Positions 1 to 12,345 of a stretch of DNA of 64,000 bases are shown in pieces. Within the stretch, counting starts at the first letter, position 1, and every line of letters starts with the position of its first letter. Location: assembly GCF_000143415.4 (NCBI RefSeq), contig NW_003314272.1:2443728-2507727 (forward strand), read 5' to 3'. The notes below the pieces were generated by a model. It was not told the origin of the DNA, did no database searches, and worked only from the letters and a program-made list of their open reading frames with translations. The translations under genes were made by a program, and so were the position numbers. Source of the stretch: Selaginella moellendorffii. Taxonomy: Eukaryota > Plantae > Lycopodiophyta.

Positions 1-1684
1 TTCGAGAGATTATAGCTCCCCCAAGTGAGTGTGTGCAAAACAAAACAATCCCTCCGTTCGGACCACTTCCGTCCACGTAACAGAGCGAGACTGACGCGAG
101 CTTTGACTTTTCGGCAGAAAACCCTAACGAACCGACGTGGCGAAACCCCTACCGTCCAGGGCCGGGAATCAACGGACGGACGCACATTTGGCGTACGGAG
201 GCTCTTAAACGCCGGATGTGACGGGCGACGGCGGGGCGCCGTCCGACGTGGCGGCCGGTATCTGCCACCTGTCAGTCTGCCCGCGCGTGCCGGCCGGCGG
301 GCTGTCGGTCCGAATCCCCGTCGGAAACCGGGCCGGCAGGTTCCTGCGGCGCAGCCGTACGCCGTGCGCCGTCCGTACTGGTAATGGCTGACCCTTCCAT
401 CTTTTTTTTTTTGCTGCTTTTTCTTCAAGGAATGAGAGGAGGATTTGTTTTAGGCCGGATAGAAGATTGATTGACCGATTGGAGTGATTGATTGATTGAT
501 ATCTTAATTGGAGAGGGTAGAATCGATTTGAAGAACTTTTGTTGTATAGTTTTTTGTATGGTAACATGAGTGGGCGCCCCATGATTCAAAGGCTCTTTGA
601 GCAGCGTTTGTCTACTAGTGGTTTTCAAATGTTCTCGTGGGGATTTGCGAGCAAAGTTGACATTTTGTTCTTGGTCTTTGGCCGAGAGAGAGAGAGAGAG
701 TCAAGCCCTAGAATCGAAATCTCTCCACGCCTCTATGCTCCTCTCCACCACCACCTACAGGAGGAGGAGAAGATGATGACATGTTATTGGGAAGTGGGAT
801 GCCCCGAATGCGATTGAATCCCCAAACAAAAAGCCCGCGCTTGGGATTTGTATCTTTGGACAAAATGGTCTTATCAGCTGAAAGGGTCAGAACAAAAAAG
901 TTTATAAAGAAATATCCCTTTTTCCCCTTCCATTTTTCTTCTATCTTCTTTTGCAACCAAACACATGATCCTGTTGAATGTGGGGCGGCTTAAAGTTGCG
1001 CAACCAACCAACCATGGAAACAAGCGTGTAATATTCGAATCGCATCGAAGGTAGGGCACTGCCGCCGGCCAAGAGCCCTCCTTTTTTTTTCAAAGCCGAC
1101 CTGTTTCCACGCCACCTACGCAGCCGATCGGTCGACCAAGAATTTGACAAACACAACACAAAACGTGGAAAGCGAAACCCGACTGTAGCCTGCGTACATA
1201 CGCATTTACGTATACACCAAACCAAAGCGTGATTGCCAAAAGGTGGTAACATGGAAAAAGGTGGCGGAGGCGTGGCTCTTTGGGCTGGCACAGCTTCCCA
1301 ATCGGGCAATTTGTGTAAGCTTTTGCAGGACACCCGCCGCCATCCATTCCATGCACTAAAAAGTTGCTTAAACGTATTTTTATCCTGTTTCTTTTTCTTC
1401 GGATATGTATATTCATTCACCTTGAAAGATCAGCGCCACCTTTTCGAGTTAAAAAAGAGCAAGCAAGCATTTGAGATTCCTTTCGCTTTCTGGTAGCGCA
1501 TCACATGCCCGTCTTTTAAGCCACAAATGAGCATCCCCAAAAGTTCCCATAAAACAAATGAGACGTCGTCCTCCCTTGTTTATTGTAATCGATGATACAA
1601 CAAAGAAGCGCCGGTACTCTTCTTATTTTTCCTTCGGCACCTCTGTACTCTCCTTCCACTTCCATCTCTCTTTCTAGAACGCTT

Positions 1685-4600
1685 TCACCCCAGGAAGTTT
1701 GCGTTTGGAGTACTGGTAATACTGGTCGCGCTGCCGTTCGTCGCCTTGTTGCTTTGCTGCTGCTGCTGCTTCTTGTGACTTCCTTCAGTGCAAAGGATGC
1801 ACCGCTCGCTTTGCTCCTCGTCGCTGCCCGGTGATCGGCCAGGACTCGTAGCCACTGATGAGTCCTGGAGGCACGTAACGTGGTAAAAGTGGCCGCAGAA
1901 GAAGGTTACCACTGCCACTCTTTGACTTGCCAGGAGGTCCGAGCATATACAGCACGGGCTCTTGCCGGCAACCACTGCCGTCCTGGAGGAGCTGTAGCGC
2001 TTCAGTTGTAGATCGCGACGATCGGCCTGGAAGAGAGGAATTTAGAGCTAGGATCTCTATCTGTTAGCGGATACACACACCTTGAGAATGTTATTGCAAC
2101 CGCCCCTGAGCGATGTCTCCGTCTTGTAATCTGTGATCACCTTTACCAGCCGGTCTCTCAAACTGCAAAACAGCGCAATGTCAACGGAGATTGTGCCTCG
2201 TCACGGCGAGATATCGTACCGTGGCACTGGCATGTCTTTGGGAATTCTGTTTATGACTTGCATGGGATCAATATTTCCCACGGTATGATCCAAAAGCGCG
2301 CCAATCTGTGCACCAGCCAGCGTGTGAGTATCAATATAAGAGGATCGACCTAGTTATACTGACCATATCTGGATTGCGCAAGCTCTGGTTGATAAGCTCG
2401 TTCCATAAATCATCATCGTTGCGAGATGTCACAAACTCCACAGCCTGTAGTGAAGAAAATCATTGTGAGTTTACATGTAGGAAATAAATTCATTGTAAAG
2501 ACTTACAGCTTGCATGCTCTTAAGTTCATTGATAATCAGAGCTAAAGCTTCTTTCGCATTTCCCATTTGCCCCAGTAAATAAACTTTTTCCCTTACAAGA
2601 TTTAACCTTGTGCAAACGTCGTACGCCTGTAAAAAACATATACTACATCTTAAAAAACAAGATGAACAAATGTGTACCTTATTAAGACTGTAGTACTGAC
2701 TGCTACGCAAGAAAGGCAGCAATAGCCGTGGTTCAAATTCAGCATACAATTCCACCTGCACACAAATTCAATAGTCTATAGCTTCCCATAAAATAAATTT
2801 CAAAACCTGTAAATCATGGTACTTTCTTCCAGCATTTGTGTCTCGTTCGAACAGAGTATGCAAATAGTCATGTAACAGACGCCGGCGGCTCTCTTTCTGA
2901 GGCAGGTTTTCTAAAGAGGAAACCACCTCGCTCGCACTAATTCGGTCCCTTTGTTGAACGAGTAAGTCAATGGCTCTTTTCGAATCCAGCTTCATTAGAA
3001 GGGCAATCTGATCAGAAAATAGAAATGCAACATGGATCAGAGGTTACACATGTAGCTTACATGTAACTTACATTGCCGTGAAGAGCATCATAAAGATGGT
3101 GCTCCTCGATAATGTCGAACGCTGCGGGCTTTTGCAGCTGCAAAAACACAATTTATAGTTAACATCGCAAGTAAATTTGAATGATTATACCTCGAGATAT
3201 AGCTTCAGCACGTTTTCAAGCTGTCCCTGAGAAAGGTAAAGAATCGCAAGCGCCTTCATCCTCACTGGATCAGCTTACGCTCTTCAAACAACAGGCAGTG
3301 GTTACCTCGAGTAAGAAAGGAGTTTTTCCGCCGGTACTGCATTGTATCTCAGCGGCAGATATAATGGTGGGTACAGAATAAATGTGTTGGGGCCAGCTTC
3401 GAACTAGCTCCAAGAACTGCTCATGGTGCGCCGGATTTACAAGCAACCGATCAAGGACAACCTTAAAACTTTTAAAAGTCCATGTTAGAGCTCACGCTGC
3501 ACATTCGGAAGCTCACCTCATATACAGTATCGCGAAGCTGCGGATTGACAACTGGTATGTATGGGGCCAGAACGTGCAACTGTCTCAATTGGCCGAAATG
3601 AAATACCCGCCTGCTTTTACTCATCTGAACATCTGCAGAAATAAAAATAGCGGCCTCACCTTTCCCAAGCCGAAACACTACCACGCAAGATCTTTGGACA
3701 TAAAGAAGCTGCCAGCGCGTACTCCCTCCCCAGGATCAAGTGATCTAAGTATTGCGCACCAACCTGCACGGGCACGCATTGGCCATCGCCTTTTACCGTG
3801 AAAAAGAACACACCTCGTCCAGAAGCTCGACACGAGCATTTCCAGCTTCTACAGCTTCCAGTGCTTTCTCGTGCCACCCATGCTTGAGAAGCCATTGAAC
3901 ATGGTCGTCCGCATCCCTGCGCAGAAGAATCAGCTGCCTGTACAATTTATAGTTCTAGCCAAACCTTTGTCGAGCAACAACCACGTCCTTTGGAGACACA
4001 ATGTAGTACAAAGGCTCGTACCCAGCGGCCCACTGGCCACCAGCGGTGCTACTTCCTACACACGACACGCAAATGAATTTGCTTTTTTAAATCTTATCGT
4101 ACCAGAGAATGGAGCGTGAGCAAGCTCGTAATCCTTAGCCTTGTAGTGTTCATAACCATGCATAGAGAGCGCATCTGTTGCCAGTTCTTCGTTTTTCCAG
4201 TTCAAGATGCATACTTCAGGCCGTTGGGCATGTCCTGTCTTAGCACAGTTAGTAGTTTAACGTTACGTACTGAAAGTATAGCAAAGTCATGTACCTGTTT
4301 CGGAGAGTAGCCCGTTGCCGATTCCGTTTTGCTGCCCTCCCTCTCGATGTAAGCAAGGACCACGAGAGCGCCTCCATACGGAGCCAGGCCGCAAATAAAG
4401 TACTCAGTTTGCAAAACTGATACAATCTCGACATACTTCGTCCCCGGCAGAAGGTTGAACCTTTTCCCAAAAGAGAATGTTTCGGAGTTGAGGCCTCCAG
4501 GAAGGTCAGCTCCCCTCACTCTGAGGGCAGCAATCTTGATGCAATTTCCCCAGCCGACTAACAGGTGCACATCATCCTGGAAAACAAAAACTATATGCTA

Positions 4601-5509
4601 TACGGAAGAAATACCAAAGATGATGAGCACGAACCTGCCAAACTAGATGGGGACGCAAGTACTCGGCGTCTGGACTGTTCTTCGGCTTCTCAATAAAAGT
4701 AAGGCGCTGCTGTGAGGCTGTATCGAACAGTTTGACACCCTCGTCATTCGCCCACGCGATAAGGCTCGTTCTCCATTTGACAGCATGGATGGGACCCTCT
4801 CCCGAGTGCAACACCTGCAAAAGAACAAAAGAAAAGGTGTAGAAAAACCGAAGTGATCGTGACAAAGCTTTGAAGAATGAAAGAAAAATGGAGAGAGCAG
4901 AGTAATCTTCACAAGTGTCGCTACCTGATCTTTGGGACCAAACCAGCCTTTGCTGTTGAGAATGAGATGCCCTGCCAGTCCCCCGCCAGCAAAACGATTT
5001 GTTTTGCAGTAGTCTGGATCCAGCGCGACGGCCTTCATTGGCCGGTGGTAGTGGAACTTCTCGTGACTGTCGGTATACAGGCTGCTCACCACCACGGATC
5101 CATCGTCACTGCAGCTCCCCACGAACTCTCCAGCGCTATCGAAGCTCAGCTCGTTCACAGTGGCAGTATGAGCAGCGAATTCCTTCACCTGGATATCCCA
5201 TTCCATTCCATTTCCATCCAAAAAAACTGATAGGAGACTCACCTGGTTTCCCTGGTAATCCAGCAAATGCACCCTGCCGCCGTGCGTTCCCAGCGCGATC
5301 ATCCGCTCGGCGACGCTGATGCACGAGGCCGTGTCGCTGGAGAGAAGAGAGGGAACACTACCTCCCAGGCGCTTGTACTTGAGGCGCGGCTCTTCATCCT
5401 CGTCATCGATCGCCTCCTGCGCCGAGGAGGAATCGTCAGCGGCGTCGTCATCGTCGTCGCATTCGTCGTCGGCATCGGCGCGCGCGAGCTCCTCCTCCTC
5501 GTCCTCCAT
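1685..5509 (-). CDS. VPS41: Vacuolar protein sorting 41 (HOPS subunit), multi-exon
   Basis: Acidic N-terminus followed by EPRLKYKRLGGSV...IALGTHGG (WD40 region), HYHRPMKAVALDPDY, clathrin-repeat helices (ELYAEFEPRLLLPFLRSSQYY), and a C-terminal RING (CCIC...CGHFYHVTC...CILC). GT-AG introns of ~50-70 nt. Stop at 1685-1687. Confidence 0.95.
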
Positions 5510-5599
5510 TGCCGATCAATCCAAGAACCCTAGAAACCCAATCTCGAGTAGGATTATTCCAAAATCTATTATGTTACAAAAGGCACACTATCTTAGTTT

Positions 5600-6988
5600 C
5601 TAGTTGTCAATGGAAAGGGACGCTGTGTCATGCTCAACGTAAGATCTGTTCTTGGAGGTTCCAGGCTTGAATTCGTATGGCCCCTGTCTTACACCCCACA
5701 CCTACAAACAAAGCGTAGAAAGAAAAAGAAGAACGAAGAGAAAGAAAAACGCAAGTTTTAGAATCGAGAGAGACTTTGAGGAACCTGATTTCCTTCGTCG
5801 TCGTAGGCGCGATCCCAGCAGTGGATCTCTCCACTTTTGAGGATTGTGAGCTCGGATGTGCACCGGGAAGCACCGTTCTGCCAAGAAACGAAGAGGAAAA
5901 TGTGAAGAACTCTAGAAAAAAAAAAGGCTTTTTTTTTCGTTACCCAGTTGTTTGGAAAGCCTCCGGGAGGTGTTGATCCTTCGTAGAGACAACGTTGGCC
6001 TCGCGCACAGGCGGAGAGATAGACGGAAGTTAAATGCTCGGAGATGTCCTTGACAATCCAAACAAAAGAGGTGAATTGTTTTCCCAGCTCGAAAGGCTTG
6101 TTGTGACTTACTCCAGGGATCTCTTCCGGCTGTGGTCGCTGATCCTTTGGCCTCTCACAGAAGTTCTTGTATTCCTCAATGTCACGAACAGCGTAGGATC
6201 CAACCTGCAGCGATCGAAAAACTTGAAAGTTTTACTCCACAACACTGGACGTGTTTACCTCCACATCGCACTTCATTTCTTTCGGACAGGGCCTCACAAC
6301 GTAGAATCTCTGGAGAGAAAATGAAAGAACTCTCTGATCTGATACATAAAAGCGTTGTTTGTGCGCCTACCTGTCTATATGGCTTATCAGGTGTTCTCCA
6401 GAATGCCTGGAAGAACGCAAAATATCATTTTTCTTGTTTCAGTGCATGAAAACCAAAAATACTCAAGAAGAGCACCTGTTCAAAGTAGAGAACTTTCGCT
6501 CCATCGTCCAGAACAGTCGCGGGGCATGCCAGCATCCTGCGATCAAAAGCTTTTCAATGTTCTTCCTGTTCTCGACAACCAGCGCGCTTACCTGAGATTG
6601 AAGTACGTCATTGGATCCCTTGCCGCTTGCTCTTGGGAAAACTACGAAAAGCAACCTCTAAGAAAAGTGGAACAAAATGATCACACAAGCAAAGATAATG
6701 GGAAGAACAAAGAAGACAAGAAGAAACAAAGCGATGGAAAGATCGAAAGGGTGATCTCTCGCTTACTTTCTCGCCTGTGAGAGCATCGGCGACGAGACGA
6801 GTGTGATCCCACCGCGTCTTTGCTTTGGTGAGCTTGCGGAGCAGAAGAACACCACCCAGCAGACATGCCGCTTTCAAGACGAAGCTGCGAACGCCGCCGC
6901 CTCCTCCGTCACCGCCGCCGACGCTCACATTTCCAGCGCCACCGGAGGATTGGAGCGAGGAGGCGTCCTCCCTGTCGCCTCCCGCCAT
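5600..6988 (-). CDS. CRL: CRUMPLED LEAF, CpcT/CpeT-family chromophore lyase-like plastid envelope protein
   Basis: Spliced exons read ...LLRKLTKAKTRWDHTRLVADALTGEK / FSQEQAARDPMTYFNLR / AFWRTPDKPYRQ / EEYKNFCERPKDQRPQPEE / RCLYEGSTPPGGFPNNW / WDRAYDDEGNQ / VWGVRQGPYEFKP. These match CRL motifs. TAG at 5600-5602. Confidence 0.92.
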
Positions 6989-7123
6989 AGCCGAGAGGGG
7001 AAGAGGACAATAAGCCCTAGATTTATGTGTGACGTGCTACCAGTCGCCCGCCACACACATTTTAAGTTTTTCTCGCGAGCGTGAGCTCAAATCGGAGCTC
7101 CGATTGGATCAATGCAGCTCGGA

Positions 7124-7172
7124 TTGGATCAAAGATGGTGACGGGCGCTCAGAGCGATCGAGATCGCGAGAT
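7124..7172 (+). repeat. ~49-bp direct repeat, copy 1
   Basis: ttggatcaaagatggtgacgggcgctcagagcgatcgagatcgcgagat; recurs at 7646-7694 with 4 substitutions. Confidence 0.85.
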
Positions 7173-7269
7173 AGATCCCAAGCGTGGAATTTATGATAGT
7201 AAAGTGAATGTGTGGTGGAAAGTATGAGCGCTCTCTTTATAAAAAATTAGGGTTCTTGGTGGGCGAAGA

Positions 7270-7586
7270 ATGCAGCCTCCACTTGTTCTCCAGCAGCATC
7301 CACACTGCGCCAAGGTAGGCAATCGCGCGCGTAGGTTTCTCCTTACGCGTCGCCTCTCAGATCATCACCTCCCTCTTGCGCTGCCACAAGGAGCATGCCG
7401 CGGCCGCCAATTTTTTGGGGAAATGCAAAGGTCTCAAGCGTGAGGTGGCGCGCTGCTTGGAAGAGGAGGTATGTTTTTCTGCCAGGATTGACGCACGGCT
7501 TTTGGATTTCTCAAGGTTTTGCTGCTTGAATTCGATAGAGAGCGATGAAGGAGAAGAGCACGCAAAGTTGCTCGCGGACAAAGTAG
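7270..7586 (+). CDS. CMC2/Cmc1-like twin-Cx9C mitochondrial COX assembly protein, divergent and possibly decaying
   Basis: Exons 7270-7314 (MQPPLVLQQHPHCAK), 7361-7468 (IITSLLRCHKEHAAAANFLGKCKGLKREVARCLEEE) and 7539-7586 (RAMKEK...). Resembles the plant CMC2 pattern MHPPL..H.HP.C...I.....CH..H....F.G.C..LK....RC...E. Confidence 0.75.
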
Positions 7587-7645
7587 AGAATTTCATGATT
7601 GCTCCATGTAATCTCCCGTGGAGGATTGGAGCGAGGAGTCCCTGT

Positions 7646-7694
7646 TTGGATCAAAGATGGTGACAAGCGCTCATAGCGATCGAGAGCGCGAGAT
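7646..7694 (+). repeat. ~49-bp direct repeat, copy 2
   Basis: ttggatcaaagatggtgacaagcgctcatagcgatcgagagcgcgagat. Confidence 0.85.
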
Positions 7695-7771
7695 TTTCAG
7701 TGGAACCTTCCATAGTAACGAAAGAACACTGCTACAATTTGGAAAGCCATCTATGTTGTGACATACTTGGG

Positions 7772-10700
7772 TCAAATCAATGTTACGACATTCTTTGGCT
7801 TGACAGTGAGCTGCAAGGTACGAATTTCCATCGGCCCGAGCTCCACAAGTAGCGACTTTTGGTCGATCCGAGCTCCACGCTTGGCTCCACCCTCGCTTTT
7901 TTCGGCCACTTTCCATTCCATACGCCTCTTCATGCTGCTCTTGTCTTGGTTTGTTGACAGCGAGAGCTCGTTCACTCCTTGTATCTGGAAGAAGAGTTAA
8001 TCCTTAAGCGATCGAAATCGAAAACTCGAGCACGAATACCTCCCAGTGCCAGAAGAGCTGTTTGAGTTGTACATTTGCCGGCTTGGACAGGGTATCGTCT
8101 TCCCCGGCCTAGAAACAAGCCATTTCGTTTGTCAAAAGCTGGTCTTTTTTGAGATGGAAAGGTTCTTGCGTACCTCAAACAAGTGAGCCAGCCTCACGAG
8201 GATGGATTTATCCTCCAGCTCCTACGTAAAATCAAACCAGCAAGGTTATACACCTGGAGAAAACTTTGCTACTTCTTGAAAACCTGGATTGTGAGAAGCG
8301 CGACATTGTCTGGAAGAGCATATCCACTCTTTACCATCGAGAATTGCTTAGGAACATTTTGTCCACTCTGAGACAAGATCATGGTGGACAAGTTAGAAAC
8401 AACAAACTAGAAATAATCATCTACCGGAGTGCTGAAAAAGAGCTGGAGTGGAGAGTAAATTCTCTGGCCTTTGAGACGACGCCATCGGCTTGCTTCCTTG
8501 ACGGGACCCGAATTTACGTAAACCATCCGTCTAACCTGCAGAAAATGTTGAGACAATGATCGAAAATGAGACTTTTACTTGCCGTTAGACCTTCGCATTC
8601 CTGTGACCCAATACAAACTTGCTCGTCCAAAGCTTCGGAGACTCCTCTTTCATCATCGGCCATTAGACGTCTGCGTGAAAGCCCGACGATAAACACGCGT
8701 TTGGAATCAAATGAATACCTGTGAAGCATGAGCTCAACTTCACCATCGTTGGTACTCGACGCTCCTGAAGCTCGATCGACAAGAAGTGACAAGTCCGTTT
8801 GGTTATCGTTGATATAAATTCCCAGGTTTACCTGCGGAAAAACAACGATTAAGAAACTACGGTGCCAAAAAGAGAAGTGAATACTTACGGGATAGTAGTT
8901 TCCAGCAACGGGCTGAGTCACTTGCTTTGATCGCACCTAAGCGTCCATGCAAAGAATGAATGTTTAGTTCGAAAGTTTCATGGAAACTCGTACTCGTTCT
9001 AGAAAATCCCGGCCGTTTGAATCAGTGTAGAACTTGCTATTGCTCGTTGTGTTCGCCTTGACCTTCACAATGACTTCCTTTCCAACGCCATCATCCAGTG
9101 GAATGGGGCCAACCTGCATAGAAGAATCTCAAAACATAAAACGCTATTCCGCAAGGACGACTAATATGTACCGTGATCTCAAGCTCATTATGGGTTTCGC
9201 CATTGTAAAGACGATGCTCCTGGAAAGAACTTTCAGATGTAGAAGCAAAAAAGAATGCCTCACTTCGTAAATCCAAGGTGAAACTTGTCGTCGGCGTGCC
9301 TTGTACAAAGGTCCCTCCACAGCCAGCCAAGCCTGAAGCAAAAGAAAAATAAAACTTCGGAATGAAATAAAGAACAAGGAGCTTACAGATGATGTTACTG
9401 GAGTTGGATTGTTATCAGCTGGTCGAAAGATATATGCACCAGAGTTCTATCAAAGAAGAGTAAAAGTAAAAGTTTATGGCACTAAAAAATCACGTAAAGA
9501 AATACCTGGCCTCCAACTTGGCCAGTGTACCAAAAGTACTCAGTCGACGAATCCGTAATATTTGCCTCATATACTCTAGAGTTTCCAGCTGAACCTGCAT
9601 CGATCACTTAGAACGTTAATCCGAAAACATGCAAGAAACCGAACCACTTGCCATTTTCATTGGGCTTGGACGGCTTGACAAGGTAGGAGCTGAAGCCAAG
9701 AGGAGGAACCACTGCCTTAAAGACGAGCGAGTAAAGAGTTTCGTCTTCTGGTATTACGCCGATATCTAGCTCGGCATGAAGCTTTCTAAGCTTTTTGGTT
9801 GCGTCACTGATGGGTGCTAGCTGTGAGTCCACTGCTTTGCCAGTAGCGTCTGTGACAATAAGAGCGTTGGAGCTCACCTGGTAGAAGAACAAACAATGAC
9901 TTTGGATACGCGAGAAGGATTACGATAATGAAATGTCGAGAGAACTTACCGGTATTTGAATGTACTCCTCACGAGCCCATCCAAGAGGATTATAGGCAGT
10001 GACAACCTGAATGATATAGAAAGCTAAGCAGCGCCAAGCAAGCAATAAAAGCTACTCTTACCAAAGGCTTGTCACTGGTAATGTTTTCGGACGAGGGGCA
10101 AAAACTTATATCGAGATGAGGACACTGAAACAAAATCAGGCTAGTATAAGTTTCAAGGGCCATGGTAAACTCACTTGAACGGCGTCGGAAGAAACGTTCT
10201 TTCTGAGGCAGTCGGATGGAGAAACGCCGGCTGCTAAGCAAGAAGCAGCCAAGTTCATTGATTTCTCAGCCTGCACGAATGGATGGTGATATGATCGAAC
10301 ATCAGGGAAGAGATTAAACACAGCACAAGCACAAACCTCGGAAGCTGCGATAGCAAGTAGTCTAGCATAGTCGTCAGCCACCTTTTGCCGCTCGGTGCCA
10401 CTCACTCCATCGTGATGCTGTACAACACTCAAGGCACGCCACAAATTATCTGTGTTTGGATGGTCTCTTTTTCCTGTCAAGGCCTCCAGTTGCCGAGCTG
10501 CCTGTCGATAGTTTCCTTCTCGCGTTAAACAGGCTTCTAAGATGGAAAAGCACGTACCTGTAAGTAACCAGAAAGAGCACGAACGTAGCCCTTCAAGACG
10601 GTTCTACTGGTATAGTAGCCTGTCCAGAACGAGTCCTTATTGTCCGCGTATCTGAATCAGAATTCTTAGTCTAAAGCTCTTGGAATATCTCAATTTTACT

Positions 10701-12113
10701 CACGGAAAGAAGTCATTCTTTGTGACATTCCACACTTGATCAGCTGCGTGCTTAGCATCCAGATATATGGATGGCGTCGAGTACAGAGCGTTCACTCGAC
10801 CATCCTGACAAAAAAATGTAAGAAAACGATTTAGATGATCGCGGTTACCTTATTCACGTAGTGGATCAGCTTGTCCATCTCAGTGTACCACTCTGCAGAG
10901 CGGTAGTATTTGAAATCGTCTCCCATCGTCCACATGACATGATTTGTTTGAGTCGCATTTGCCTGTGGAACAACTAAATCAGACCGTTCTGATGGATATG
11001 GTGGTGGAAAAACTTACATACACCTTGGCTGCGTTTACAAACGCTTCTACACGCTCCTCTATGTTCGTAGCGCCTTTGGAAGGGTCATCCTGGACATAGG
11101 AAAAACTCTACAAGGAGCAAAGATATAGTAAAACATAAATACCTGCATGATAATTCCACCGCTTCCTTCGTAATTAAATCCTTTTGGGGGCTTGTAGTGG
11201 CGAAGAAACACACTCGTAAACAACTGGTTGTCAGACTTCAAGGTGTTTGATCCTTCCCAGACGAATTCGAGGTTCTTGTCTTGGGTCCTCCTAAGCCTGT
11301 CTTGATAATCGATCCTTGCGAAGAACAGACCATCAAAGCCAAGCTGTAAAAACAAAAAACAAGTGTTTAAATTTTCGAAACAGAGAAACTCAGAGAAGTT
11401 TTGTCACTTTGCAAACTCACCTCAGTGCCTAGGAGATATGCTTGCACGGCGGAGTGTCCAAACGGGTCTATTTGCCATCCAATGCGAGGAACTACATCAA
11501 ACTCTTGCTTGAGAAACCTGTGACCGAGTGTAGTTTGATCGATCATATCCGCGTAGTGAGTCGCGGCTTCATCGTGCATGCACCATCCACCATTTCTAAA
11601 ACCAGCATTCACAAAGTTTTGTCTCAAATAGTAGAACCGAACTAAACAAAGTGATCAGATGCTACTTACGCAAATTCGAGCTGCCCAGACTTGACAAGCC
11701 GCCTCACGACCCCCTGAATGCTAGAGTTCTGCTCGTTCCACCATCTGCTAAAGAATGCCTGAAAAAAACAGCATTTTTACCATTGGGAAAAGAATTAAGT
11801 TCGCGATCGCAAAGCCAAACCTGTTCAACTTCCACAAATTTTCTGTCCGGGTTCTCTTGCAGGGAAGCCAGGACTGAGTCAAGAATGCCCTTAACAGTGT
11901 CCTGGGAAAGAGAGAACAAGCCATTTTTTTCTCTCTTGGTCTTGATTAAAAACTTACATAGTACTCGTCCGCCGTTTTGATCCACCCAACATCGTCGTGA
12001 CTGTGAGCAACGAGATGGACGTTGAGCTTCCCGGCGACAACGCTCGCGTTAGTGTTGTAAGCAGCGTAACAACACTGCCCTAATAAAACAAGCAGAAGAA
12101 ACACCACTTCCAT
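7772..12113 (-). CDS. Glycoside hydrolase family 38 vacuolar/lysosomal-type alpha-mannosidase, multi-exon
   Basis: Signal peptide ([17 protein letters not shown]), [36 protein letters not shown] (catalytic nucleophile motif), [29 protein letters not shown], and the C-terminal ELGPMEIRT. Confidence 0.95.
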
Positions 12114-12345
12114 TCCACTTATCATTGAGACTAACAAAGCGTCCCATTCTTTTATAATCCACGATCGGCACGAGACGAACGAGGAGAAACGCTAGCGCCC
12201 TTTTGTTTTCTTTCGCTGGCCATTCTCTTGGACAGTCCAATTCTTACCGTGCTTTAAGTTTTGGAGCTATTCGTTACATTGTGGTCTCGATCGCGTGGCA
12301 AATGGCTCGATTCTAGAGGGCTAAAGTTTTCTCCATTTGCCCAGA

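Noticed and set aside
25-1500. Short ORFs and a GC-rich, partly palindromic stretch (180-380), including a 14-aa sORF MMTCYWEVGCPECD at ~773-817
   Set aside because: No recognisable family, no clean hairpin and no snoRNA box pair. Telo-box-like aaaccctaa and GA runs suggest promoter or UTR sequence.
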